Assembly (NCBI GenBank): GCA_973895155.1
Contig: OZ316898.1
Span: 16,537,420-16,601,419, forward strand
DNA: 64,000 bases
From: Marsupella aquatica
Taxonomy: Eukaryota; Plantae; Marchantiophyta
Reading direction: 5' to 3'
Below the pieces are notes generated by a model that saw only the letters and a program-made list of their open reading frames with translations, was not told the DNA's origin and searched no databases. A program made the position numbers and the translations under genes. How positions within the stretch are numbered: position 1 is the stretch's first letter; each line of letters begins with the position of its first letter. Shown piece after piece: positions 12,001-24,438 of this stretch.

Positions 12001-15000
12001 TTGCTGAAGTCCCAAGTCTTGGCCGCTGATGGATCAGACACGGAAGATCTTTTTGTGGGTTTGAAGTCTGGTAAGGATGCCCTAGTGGAGCACTACCTCA
12101 CGCAAGCAATGGAGAATGTTGCAAGGTTGGTACACCGTCTCTTCATTGGCATAGTTTTCGTACGTTCTCAAATCAGCCTAACAGTCCGGGGTTCATAGTA
12201 TTGTGAGTTTTACGTGACTGATTATATCTGGGATCAAACAGATATCTCCGTATCACCCGAGAAAAGCGGGAGCTGAAGGTATTTGAGAAGGAAGGTGTAG
12301 ACACACTTCTGATGAAGCTTTACTCTGAGCTTGATGCTTCTAGTGAACTCGAAGAACTTGCTGCTTCATCAAATAACTGTGTGCTGGTATGCACCACAGT
12401 CGCTCAGAACTTCTCTCCATAAAATGCAGGATATGAAACTTAACGGAGCATGAATATTGGAAGTAAAGGATTCGAGAAAGAAATGTATGGTCCATGTCCA
12501 TTTCAGGAAAGATGAGCACAGAAAGTCTCGGGGGCAGAGAATGCAAATTGTGTGGTCGGTCATACTCTCTACTTTTTTCTCGCTTACTAATCAGCCTTAA
12601 GATAAGTTGTAGAACATTGTAAAGTTGTTTATTTCATGACTGTCCCAGCGAAGCTCAAGTGCATGCATGCTGGACTGTCCTGCCTTGTTGGGCAGCAAGG
12701 TCATGATTGAATTTTGTTCGAGATCGTGGTGGCTTCAAAGCAATAAGAAGGGCCCTGGGCTGAAGATGACGATGCGACTTGCATGAGTGGGCGGTTCAGG
12801 AGGAGGTGGAAAGTTTACTCAAAGGGGCGGGGCAGCTGCACGCACTTGCGTTGTTGTACGAGAGCAAAGGCTTGTGGAGCCTAGCATTGCAAGTGTGGAA
12901 AACTCTTGCAAATACACCTGATTCACCAGCTGGGTATCGCAATGGAGGCATGAGGAAGCAACAAGTTAGAAGGTCATCCTCCGAGCAGGCGGTAGCAGTC
13001 ACTGAAGCAGTTCGAATTTTGGAGCAGTCCTCTGACACTGATTTGGTCCTGCAACACATTAGCTGGGTAGGTTATTCGGAAAAGCTGCCATGTCCCGTAA
13101 ACAAAAATGCTAAGTTACGAAGGGAATGGAAAACATTTATTTTTTAGCGTAATGTCTTGAATTCGTCGTCAGTTAGTAATTTTCGCTGTGAGTGTACTTA
13201 ACTGATGATATCGGTGGCCTAATGCAGATCATCAGTCTTGATCAAAATCTGGCCTTGAATGTGCTCACCTGCTCTAAGCGTGCAGCTCCTCTTTCACCAG
13301 GTGCTCATGTCCAGAGTTCTTTTTCTGTGCTTGTTTTATTTGGCACACTACCTTAAACGATGACTGTGGTCTGTAGTCGAATTATGGACATAGGTATAGA
13401 TATCAACCATCTTCTACTACGACACCGAACTGGAGTTCCCATAGATTGCAACGTTTGACAAGATTCTCGGATGGACTGCTGAAACTCGAATAGACTGTCC
13501 TGAAACATCATTATTGACTCAGATCATACTTTTTTTTGTATGAATGCGTGAATTTTTGGGTGTCAGAAGGTTCTTGGTCCATCGGAGTCCTTAGGTCAAA
13601 CGCGGTGGTCCATCTGTGCATCAACTTCACTAAGATACTTCTAATTATTTGCTATACATTTTGAAGTGGTTTTTTATGGTTGCCAGTTATCTAATAGTGT
13701 CCCTTGTTCAGACGATACTTTACTGGCCTTGGAGTCTGATGGAGGTGTAGTGCAGCAAAGGTCAGTGGAACATATCTCTTAGTGATGAGGATGACGTTTT
13801 GTTTTCTATAGTTTCATGTTGCAAATTCATTTAGAATTTCTCCGACTCATTTCTCACCAAAATTATCACTGCTCGTTACACCTGCTCATTCTGATTTAAT
13901 GCTGTCTCTCCGCTCTTTAGTTTCTCTGAACACTTTCTACGGCCAGGTACTTGCTGTGGCTGGTCCAGGAACAAGGTTTCGAGGATTCTTTCTACCATAC
14001 AGAGCTAGCTCTTTCTCTTGCCAAGTCTGCTGTGCGCAGCCTGGACAATACTAATGAAAGTTTGGAGGGCAGTCAGAGCTCTACAGTGCCTCTGGAGTCT
14101 GCTGATCAGAACCTAGAAAGGAGTGAGCACTATCAATCAACAATCCATGGCAAATTTGAATGGCCCACTACCAGATCCACCGGTGGCAACCTTAGAGACT
14201 TCTTACTAACGTTTTTGGAGACATCTGATCACTATGATGCAAAGATGGTGCTAGATGTCATCAAGGGTTCAAAGCTTTGGAAAGAGCAGGTTCTTACCTT
14301 GCCCTCCTTGGTTTGCTACCCTGGCTGTGCATTAAATTCTGGAAATTGGCTTCTCTACTATAGAATTTTCAAAGAGAGGATGATGTGGTGGGCGAATTGT
14401 TTTCACCAGTTTTGCGAGCTCGGTGACTTAAAGCAAGGACCCAGAGCTTCAGATTTTCTGCGACAACATCGAAATCAACGCTCAGAGTTCTGATTTGTGT
14501 CCCTCTGGACCTTTGACATGTGCAGTTTGTTTTGCACCGCAAACTGGGCGATGAGATATCTGCTCTTCGAACCTTAGCATTGTGAGCTTGCTTTCTTTCC
14601 ACCACCTTTTAGTCTAATGATTCTCATGTATCGTGTGCTACCTGACGATATGTTTTCTGGCCTAGACCATCTTTGCGGGCAGTTCTTGACTCGTAACGCG
14701 GCTTTTGGAATACCTTCCTATCGCGATAGAATTGATAAATATCCTGACCTTTTTATGAGCTTGTCAAGCTTGTCAGTTTGATGAGCAAGAAACTAACGTA
14801 GTAATACTATCTGTCCCATGATTGAGTGGTGAAGGAAGGTGAACATAGCCTATAGGACCTCGTTGGGAACGGTCTCGGTCGCTCGTAAATCTAGGAATAG
14901 TCATGATCGTATGTTCCTTGGCTTTGACCTGAGACGTTTGATGTATTGGTAAAAATTTGGTAGAATAAATTAGAGATGGGAGCATTTGAAATTGGCATGA

Positions 15001-16731
15001 GCTCCTTTTGGGCAATGCTTTCAGTTAGTTGGATCATTACCTTGCTAATTTTGCAATTCATTCTGGCATTTTCATTTCTTGTTAACAAAGTGACGGCATT
15101 TGAAGTTCAGATGATATGTGGAGATTGTTGATGAGAATGATCACAAATTGCGTTTATAATTTGGGAAGAATGGCTTCTTGTCTTTTATCGTTTACAATGT
15201 CTTCTACAAGTCGTCTTGGAGTCCTTAGAAATCGCATGTCTGATGATCTCGGTTCATTGCTATCAGCTCAACACCAACTTATGAAGATGTTATGCAGGAA
15301 ACTTGAGGATAGTTCGGCAGCAGAACGTTATTGTGCGGAAATTGGAAGACCAGGGGCCTATCTGGAGTGAGATTACGTCCTTGTCCAATTTGCTCTTTTC
15401 GGTTTTGTGCTGGTAGTCAATCTTGCGCTCCTGCACTGTCCAAAAAATACAGTCTGGGACTGTAGCGAAATGGCGAGAGTTGTCATATTTTGCTGGAAAG
15501 CTTCCGTTGTTTGACATGTATGATGCTTCGCAGGTTGATGGAAATGTATCTGCACCCAGGCGAGGGGAGAGAACCAATGCATCGTGCTGCTGTCAGACTG
15601 CTTCATTGTCACGGGGCATCTCTTGACCCTCTTCAAGTCCTTGAGGTCTCATCTAGTGAGCCCAGCTTGATTGTCCCACTAGCGTTCCTTTCATGTTTCA
15701 AGCATTCTAGATAATAGCCTCCAATATGGATGATTGTGGAACAGGACAATCGCATCATCGAGGGTATATCCAGGCCTTAAAACCCATCGAAGTCTGATGC
15801 ACTTCTTCTCTGTAAACTATCCTGGAGCTTGTGGTAAAATTTTGTGTTGAATGTGGTAATGGCAGGCATTGCCGCTAGCGATGTCTCTTGGGTCAGCATC
15901 AGAAACAATAGCACAACTGATGGTTGCTCGTGTTCACCGACGTCGTCAAGGACAGGTACGACTGGTCTTCGTGTCCTCAAACCAATGTCCACTTCACTAT
16001 TGTGGTTGTCAGACTTGCCTTCGGACGCTTCATATCGAAGCGATAGCACTTCGTGCCTCGTACCCATAGTCCTGAGACTAGCACTGCTATCAGCGACTCA
16101 AACATGACGTCTCAGAATTAATTGAAATTGAATTGAATTGAATTGAAGTCTTCATGAAGTTTGTGGTTCCTATTATCCTATTGTCACACAGATGACCAGA
16201 TGAGTTGAGGAGATGAAACAAGCAGTTTCATGATTTACCAGGTCAGCTTAATGGAAGTTCTCAGATGATCGAAGGTGGCATAGCAGTGATCTTTCTGTCT
16301 GCGATTCCATTGACGATTTGGTTAATATACAGATTGTAAGACAGCTGGTACGGAAGGACAATTTGGAAGCAAGAATTGCTCGTGTGGAAGAACGATCAAG
16401 ACATGTTTGCATCACTGCAGACAGCACATGTGGGTCCTGTGGGGCACGCATTGGAACTAAGCTCTTCGCCTTGTATCCAGATGAGTCGATATTCTGTTAT
16501 AAGGTAACTCTATGCATATACTTTGCAAGATTGTCTTTATTCTTCAACATGGCTGTAGTTTTGAACATGAACTTTGGGTTGCAACGATTTACAGGTTGCT
16601 ATAAACGTTAATGCTGATAATAGCCCACTACTTGACTCAATCTTGAAATGCAGTGTTTGCGTCGATATGGAGAGAACGCACGCCCTGTCACCTCTGCAAG
16701 TCAGATGAAGGATCGCGGTTTCCAGTTGTAA
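9012..16731 (+). CDS. VPS3: Vacuolar protein sorting 3 / TGFBRAP1-like CORVET subunit (CNH propeller, CHCR, C-terminal Zn finger), ~1321 aa; exons 9012-11027, 11390-11671, 11911-12125, 12242-12386, 12800-13066, 13228-13300, 13712-13760, 13947-14289, 14526-14581, 15298-15366, 15534-15645, 15866-15955, 16333-16503, 16654-16731
   Basis: All 13 introns are GT-AG and phase-compatible, and the frame is open to TAA 16729-16731. Plant VPS3 signature motifs: VPRKRYWGLHPPP, EGVDTLLM, LEDSSAAERYCAEIGRP, HCHGASLDPLQVLE, CGSCGARIGTKLFALYPD..CYKC. Confidence 0.93.
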
Positions 16732-19700
16732 ATACTTAAATTTTCATCTTCCAGTTTATGGTTCCAATCATTGCCTTCTCTCATTTTGATAAAGAGAATA
16801 CTGTGATGCTTTCTCGCCTGGATTGGACGATTGTACAATAGATTTCGTTATAGAAGAATCACATCGATTTGTAAACATACCAGGAGCTTCTCTCCTGTGA
16901 GTTCCTCCATAGCCACAATGTTGCCCCAAGTGGGTCAACTTGATTTTTGGGGTAACCCCCTTCAGTTGTCATTTTAGGTGATAACCCTGGTCTACAACTT
17001 GATAGACCGCCAACAATTTTGCTCACAAATGATGGGGGCCCATACCCAATCCTTTCAGAAAGAAAGGCCCAGTTAGTCTGAGCTGGGCACGGGAGACTAT
17101 GGAGTGTTTGCGGGTTAATAGCGGCACCGGAGACTGGGGTCTTTGCTGTCAGTACCGGTAATCTAAATAATTAGTAGGATTCTCCTCTAGTCAGAGAAAC
17201 TTCAAGATTAGCACTTATGGTCTCTGACAATTTTGCAAGTGAAACTTTTTGATTCGTGAGCAAAGGTTTGGATGGAATCTGAAAAAGCATTATTGTGAAA
17301 ATCAAGTAGTATAACTCTAAATCTGTGCTGGCATGTGAACAAAATGTCTGATGTGGGGATCCTATTATGTATGTCAGATAACTATTTTTGTCTTAGACAG
17401 CATATTTTCTGAAGAATAATTAGTGGGAACCTGTCATTATGTAAGCTTGTTTTATTAATCAAGCCTTCATGGCTCCATTTATTGGAACCATTAAATGAAT
17501 TAAAAAAATGTTTTGGATAATAAGACAAATAGGAGTAAATTCATGTTAATAGGGAGGATAATTCTTCACACAAAATATTTCACTAGTACCTTTATGTCTA
17601 CACAATATCCATAAAACATTCCATATATTAGTTCATACAAAATATTTCTTTGTCCCTAGTAGTTGAAAGGTCTTAGAGTCTCTTGGTATATTTTTTGTTG
17701 ACAATCACTTTCGCTTAATGACTCAAAGCAAAGTTACTCAAAGCAAAGTTTGCTGCGCTTCTAAGTGTGAAGTATGATTGTAATTGACTGTATTGCTGTG
17801 TCCACTTCCCGGATGTCACGGCTTGATTTCCGCATGTCTATATTGATGATTTGTATCAACGTGCTTAGTATGTTACTTGCTTCACCGCTAATCTTTAGGT
17901 CACTGTATTCTATGCTAGATGGATCAGTGGCCATCCGTATCTCTGGCGTGTATTTATGTGGGGCCCTGCCTCCCCTTCTCATTCATTCAAGAGATTAGTA
18001 AAGTAGTTTCCTTCATTTTTGCCCTAGATAGTAGTTGCGGTGTTTCTTATCTTTACTTGTTACTCCTTTATCCATGGTTTTTTTTAAGTTACCTTGATAA
18101 ATGTTAGAGAAGTTGAAAAATTTGTTGGGTTTCTTCTATTACCATGGTACATGTTAGAGAAGTTCAAGAGTTTGTTCTACTTGTCTTTAGTTCAAAAACA
18201 TTGTACACAAGTGAAATAGATTTCCAAAAAATATTGATATATCAATCATAATTCATCCAAAGATTATTTTCTGTCATTTCTATTTTATCTTTATCTTTTT
18301 TCACTTGAAATGTTTTTTTATTTAAAATTATTTTTATAGTTACAAGGTCTAATTGTATTTTGTTGCCTTGCCTCAAACACAAATAGTCAAATTTCGTTCT
18401 TCTTACACAACTAACTATTTTTGTTTGTAACAAATCATGTTTATGTGGCTGCACGTGCACCCAAGAATTTTGAAAGGAACTTCCCATGGGGGTCAGTAAA
18501 AAATTCCTATGGCACTCATTGGATTAGTGTAAATTATGTGTACATGGGATAATGGTATTTGTCACTTCAAACTTTAAATAGAGAACTTTGACCTAGAACT
18601 CAACCAATGGCCTCACAATTGAAGAGTCTGGCTTGTGAGTACACAGTGCCATTTCAGGGGGAATTATGTAGCAAGTTATTAAATTTTAAACAAGCAAAAG
18701 TTATAAATACTCAAACTGTCCCCAAGGTCTTGTAGAGATACCCTTTAAGGAGAGTCACTTGCCTCAAGCTTTCACTCAAGGCCCTGAGAGTGAGAGTAGA
18801 TTTCAATAGAGATTATATTATACTGCCCCAATGTTTGTGCGTTGCACAAGAAATGTTGAGAGGCCAAGATCTTGAGACGATACAAAGATGTCAAGTAAAG
18901 AGAAGGATGTTGAGACAAAACAAAGATATTGAGGAGAGGCAAGAAAATGCAAGTGAGGCAAGAAAGTTGTTAAGACATCTTATGTGGTATTGTGACCATT
19001 GGCCATCATGGTTATGAAGTTGTTGTGGCCATATGGTCGATGTGACCATGCTGTTGAACTAAGGCAAAGAAGTTGTGGCCATGTTGTCATGGTGTTGTTA
19101 TGACTATATGGTGAATACCAATTTTTTGAAGGTGCTATATGGTAAATCCACTTTTCACATTTTGTCTTATTCAGATTTTGGGTCCAGTATTTTGATTTTA
19201 ATGTGCCTTAACAAGGTGAATCATTTGTATTAATTTGATTTTGAATTAACTTTTGGACCCCTTTTAATTTTAGTGAACTTAGAGTATTTTGAATATATTT
19301 GGCTCCCCTCATAAATGTCTAATATTTCATGTTCAATCACTCCTTAGTGAATTCTCTTTTTTCTCATGAACTGAGAGTAATAAATTTAAACAATGTGCGC
19401 ATCTGGTGTACTAAGTTCCCCTCATGGTTTCGTTTACAAAATTTATGGTTTTCATTGAGTTACTGTGACTACCTAGAAGCAAGTGAAAATGTGTATTGTA
19501 TGTGCACAACTCTTTAGTACCTTTGTACTTTCTTGGTCATAATGTGTTTTTCTTTGCATGTGTACTTATGGTTTTGTGTGATATGTCACTCACTCTTAAT
19601 TAACTACAGATATTCCTTAATTAACTAACAAATATTCCTTAATTAACTAACATATATTAATTTCTTAGCATATATTTCACATCATGTACCTATTTCTTTT

Positions 19701-20270
19701 ATCATAAAATAAAATAAAATAATTACATATCACTATAAGACAAAAAAAAGGCATATGGTGAATGCTCGTGTGTTACACAGTTGTCGTTGCATTGGGTAAT
19801 TTATTTGAACTGGCTTTCCCCTCTCCATACCCCTTCTTGTCTCACAAAAGTGAGACAATATAAGTGTCTCACAAAAGTGAGACAATATAAGTGTCAAATA
19901 TATATTGAGGTGAAATAAAGAATTGCAAGTGAGACATATAAGTGTTATGGTTCTGATTGCATCATCTATGGAGTCACATTTGTGATTGCAAAATATTGGT
20001 TGGGTGACTGTTGTTGCAAAAATGTCATCAATTTGATCATGTAAAAATGTTGTTGTTAGGGATGGCATAATGGGGAAATTTGATAGTAGCGACCGCATCA
20101 AAGAGTTCAAGCACATCTGCATGATTGGAGAATTTTTTTGTTTTTTTGGTTTTTTCAAATATTCATAGTTTTTCTGAAATCTTCAAAGTTTAATTTTCCA
20201 AATTTTCCAAGTTAGATTTGCATTGTTACTTTTTACTTAATTAATTATCTCATCTCATTGCAAGCAGGTG

Positions 20271-20300
20271 GCCGTAGGCTGTGGCAGCTCGAGCAACTAG
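20271..20300 (+). mobile_element. Helitron-type 3' terminus (5' end not located)
   Basis: Hairpin GCCGTAG-G-CTGTGGC (apparent decay of GCCGCAG-G-CTGCGGC) lies 11 nt upstream of CTAG, followed by T. The upstream region is AT-rich and repeat-rich. Confidence 0.6.
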
Positions 20301-20347
20301 TTGAGATAAGAAGCACATATAGATGAATCTCATTGTGCCAAAAAATT

Positions 20348-20520
20348 TGTCCGCTCAAACTAGACAGCAAATGCAAAACATGAGAGAGATACTCAACCAC
20401 CTGCTACACTAACGAGACACCACAAGTGAAGAAACTCCTGAATGATCCATAGAATATGAGAGTGCATGTGAAAAATGAGTGTCTGAGAGATGTACTCCTC
20501 CAACCTATACCCCCAAGGGC
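20348..20520 (-). repeat. Partial LTR-like copy related to the old copia LTR at 20831-21113
   Basis: Aligns with 20831-21000 (GCTCA.ACTAGACA..AAATG, GATCCATAG..TATGAGAG, CCTCCAACCTATACCCCC). Confidence 0.65.
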
Positions 20521-20531
20521 CCTTATTTATT

Positions 20532-20823
20532 CTCGGGGGTCTCACTATATGGGGACCTCCCCATCACCTGCGACGTTTTTAGGCCTCAGACCCCCTAAAA
20601 TGTAAGATTAAAAAAATTCAACCCCTATAAAATTGGAATATTTTTGGAATATTCCAAAAATTGGATTAAAAATACCCTAATATTAGAATAAGTCTCAAAA
20701 TTAAATTTAAAAGATCCTATTGTTCATTTGCAAAAATTCTTAAGTCTTCCCTTAGAACCAATAAAATGACCCTATCCTTCATCGCACATGATATGTCATT
20801 TTTGTGGAAGTGAAACCCCCTAG
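20532..20823. mobile_element. MITE family A, complete, 292 bp
   Basis: TIRs CTCGGGGGTCTCACT / AGTGAAACCCCCTAG; 8-bp TSD TATTTATT (20524-20531 and 20824-20831); near-identical copies at 41449-41742 and 60807-61010. Confidence 0.88.
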
Positions 20824-21828
20824 TATTTATTGTCAGCTCAGACTAGACAACAAATGTGAAACATAAAAGACACTCAATCACACGTTATATCGATTAAACA
20901 CCACGAGTGGAGAAACACCTAAGGGATCCATAGCATATGAGAGCACATGAGAAGAATGATGGAGAGAATGCCCTCCCTCCAACCTATACCCCCCAAGGGA
21001 AACTAAGATGTGTGGGCCTAAATAAGTGGATCTTATCCTAATCTAACCAAGGGTCAAGTAACCCTAATAAGGCCCAACTAACTAAAGCTAAGACCTTGAG
21101 CCAATTCCTAACAATCTCCACCTTGATTCCAATTCACACAATCAATCATTCAGATGATACACAATATGTACTAACTAAGTAACATATCTACATAGTTCCA
21201 GTTTGGCCCTAACATTAATCATATTTACACAATGACTAAAGTTATCAATAGGTAAAACTTGGTAAGCATGCCGCGTTCTCCTCTAAAGCCACCTTCTATG
21301 GAAACATTTATTTTGTCTCAATCACCTCACGGATGAAGTGATAACAAATATCATTGTGCTTTGTCTTGGCATAGAACACAGAGTTCTTAGTCAGATGCAA
21401 AACACTTTGACTGTGACACAATAGCACCGTCCTATGTTCGAGGTGAAAGACCCAGATCACTCATCAATCTTTGTAGTCAAATTAGCTCCTTAATTGCCTC
21501 ACAAGCAACCATGTACTTAGCCTCACTAGTAGACAATGCAACACAGGATGGAGTTGCAGACTTCCAGCTCATACAACCTCCACCTAGCATGAACACATAG
21601 CCTATAGTATCTGACTTCCTATTATCCAAATTACCAGCATAATTTGAATCTAGAAATTAAACATTTCAACTCTAACTTAGTCTAGAGTCTACTTTACCAT
21701 CAGATAAAATCCCACCATCTAAGGTACCTTTCAAATACCGCAAAACCCACTTCTCTACTTCCTAATGAAGCTTACCAGGGTTAGCCATAAATTTGCTCAA
21801 ATGCTAACAATGTGGACAATGTCAGGTC

Positions 21829-22249
21829 TGTTGGGTATTTACTCTTACGTCTAGGTTAGGTATGACGTGGTTGGTACAACTACGTGGTTAGGTACAACTA
21901 CGTGATTAGGTACAACTATGTGGTTAGGTACAACTACGTGATTAGGTACAACTATGTGGTTAGGTACAACTATGTGGTTAGGTACAACTAAGTTGCACAC
22001 TATATCATAAGAGGCATGTGTGCTTGGAGAGGTAGAACCAAGGCTCATTGTTATGGAGCCACTTGAGAGATAGGGAGAGCTTACACTGTGGAGACTCGGT
22101 ATAGCCGACGGGCTTAGAGTTCAGTAAAGCTCTCTTGTGTGTTCCCGTGGACGTAGCCTCAAGGAGGTGAACCACGTATCTCTTGTGTCGACTATTGTGC
22201 GTTGGATGGTTCATGGGCTTGCTGTTGCGATCGTCGTCTATGCTCAACA
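21829..22249 (+). repeat. 5' LTR (421 bp) with 7 copies of an ~18-bp tandem unit
   Basis: TGTTGGG...CAACA; unit GTG(G/A)TTAGGTACAACTA(C/T). Confidence 0.95.
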
Positions 22250-23580
22250 ATTGGTATCAGAGCATGCTTGGGAGGTGACGTATGTTCGTGACGGGATTTC
22301 ATGACGGTTTTTCCAGCGTTGAGTGTTGGTGGATTTTCCAGAGTTCCATCACATGGAACTTGGAGTTTATGGGCTCAACGGATAGATCAGGGCAAGAGCT
22401 TTCTAACGGTGTGAAGAAATCGTTGAACGGAGCTCGTGGTGCAGAGAGATCTAAGTTTTCGTCGTTCTGGATTTTGTGAAGAAAGTTGGCAATCGACTCG
22501 GAGGGAGAAGCGTCAAGTGTTTTGACTCAACGGAGAGATTGAGGCAAGACGATTGTTTTTGAGTCCGGGATTGGCTCTTTGATGCAAAGAGGAAGGCTAA
22601 GCAAAATCAATTACCTTGTTGGACTTGGTGACGGCACCAAGTGCAATTGATCAACATTCGTTGTTGACAAGGTACCATTTATTTCTCTTTGAAAAACTGA
22701 TTCGAAATTGACTATGGCAATTGAGAGAAATCTGTCATCTTTACCAATTTTTTTCTCCCTCGTTCTTTCCTCGTTTTGGGTGCTTCTTATATCGATCTTC
22801 ATCGCCTCGGAGTCTAGTTTCCAAATCTGAAATCGGATCTTGATTTCGTCAAAACCCGAGTGAGATATCTTGCATTTGGTATCGAGGGGTACATTCTGCC
22901 GTGTGTATTTTCTGCGCGCGCGACCAGATTTCGACGACGAAGGGTGGTAGGGGGTTTTGGGGGTTCGAGGACACATGTCAGCCCCTCGATTGTTCTTCCA
23001 AAATTCCCACAGGGCCTGTACAAGGGTCATAGAATATTCCAAAAAACCAGAGAGCTATTTTTTGACCGTCCGACAAAGATTTCATCCGCCGAACGGTAAC
23101 TTTTTTGGTTATTTTTCGGCGAGGTCGTAGCCATTGAAGTTGGCAATGCAGCGCACCAATCACATCGCAATTCCGACAACGGGTTGTACTTGGTATTTCG
23201 GTTATTCCCTGAGGTGGTCAAAACGGAGGAGTTTCCCAAGGTTTTACCCACCTCGACCAAAATTTGAATAACTTTTCCGTCAAATTTCGATTTTGATTTT
23301 GGTTTTCAGTATTGGACTCCTAGCTTTGTGGGCTACGCGGCGGTGTTGAGTTTCGAGTTTTTTGAGAAGTTGTGAAAAACAACATTTTTTGTGACTTTCT
23401 CATATGAGTGATTCGGAGGAGTTTTTCGAAGACGTGGAACTTGAAGCACGAGGGTCACCGCGGAGGTTTTAGGGGCAGAGAGAGGAGCAGGAGGAAGAGC
23501 ACGTGACACCGATACCATCACCGGTGCGGCGTGTGGTGGAGGAAGCAGTACTACTACCGGAGCTCACGGTAAAGAAGAAG

Positions 23581-24438
23581 ATGGGGACTTTCAAGCTTGG
23601 GGGACCCAAGTATGAAGTGACAAAGTATGATGGGCGCTCTGACTACTTGCTATGGGAGAAGCAGGTGAAGGGAGTGCTTTATGCGTCAGGGATGGGCCAA
23701 CTACTGAGCCCTCGTGAAGACGATGTTGATGAGAAACAATGGGACCGCATGCAGGAGCAGGGAGTGTGGTGTGTTACACTCTATCTCATGCCTCCCATCA
23801 TCAAGCAGTTGGGTGCACATAAGGATTGCATGTCCTTATTTGCGGAATTGCAGAGCAAGTATCACCGCAAGGAGTTGTCGAACCGGCTCTACACTTCCTA
23901 CAAACTGATGAGTTTCAGGATGAAGGAATCTGGTACGAAGTTGCAAGACCATGTGGATGCTTTCAACGACATGGTCGTTGACTTGGAAAACCTTGGGGAG
24001 ACTTTGAATGATGAGACGAAGGCTCTGCAGCTTCTTAGTTCATTGCCTCCATCTTACCAGTCCCTATCACGAGTGTTGTTGCATCGTGATAGGGATACCA
24101 TTTCATACAATGACGTGGTAAGTTCTCTGCTTAGTGATGATCTTCAGCAGAAGATGCACATCACGTCACAGCCTTCATCATCTGGTGCTGCCCTCAATGT
24201 TAACCGTGGGAGGAGTATGCAGCGACCAACTGGGGACCGTAGAACCCAGTTTAGATCTAAATCCAGATCTAAGTCCAAGGGTAAATCCCCTCAGAGGAGG
24301 CAGGTGACATGTTGGAAGTGCAACCAAGTTGGACACTTCAAGCGAGACTGTAAGGGAAAGGCAGCGGAAACTTCATCGGCAAATGTGGCTAGGGCTGATG
24401 GAGAAGCTGATTTACTCAATGATGAGTATGTTTTATGA
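23581..24438 (+). CDS. gag: Copia Gag with CCHC zinc knuckle
   Basis: KYDGRSDYLLW, RLYTSYKLMSFRM, LLSSLPPSY, CWKCNQVGHFKRDC; ends at a TGA that is in frame with pol. Confidence 0.93.
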   Translation: MGTFKLGGPKYEVTKYDGRSDYLLWEKQVKGVLYASGMGQLLSPREDDVDEKQWDRMQEQGVWCVTLYLMPPIIKQLGAHKDCMSLFAELQSKYHRKELSNRLYTSYKLMSFRMKESGTKLQDHVDAFNDMVVDLENLGETLNDETKALQLLSSLPPSYQSLSRVLLHRDRDTISYNDVVSSLLSDDLQQKMHITSQPSSSGAALNVNRGRSMQRPTGDRRTQFRSKSRSKSKGKSPQRRQVTCWKCNQVGHFKRDCKGKAAETSSANVARADGEADLLNDEYVL

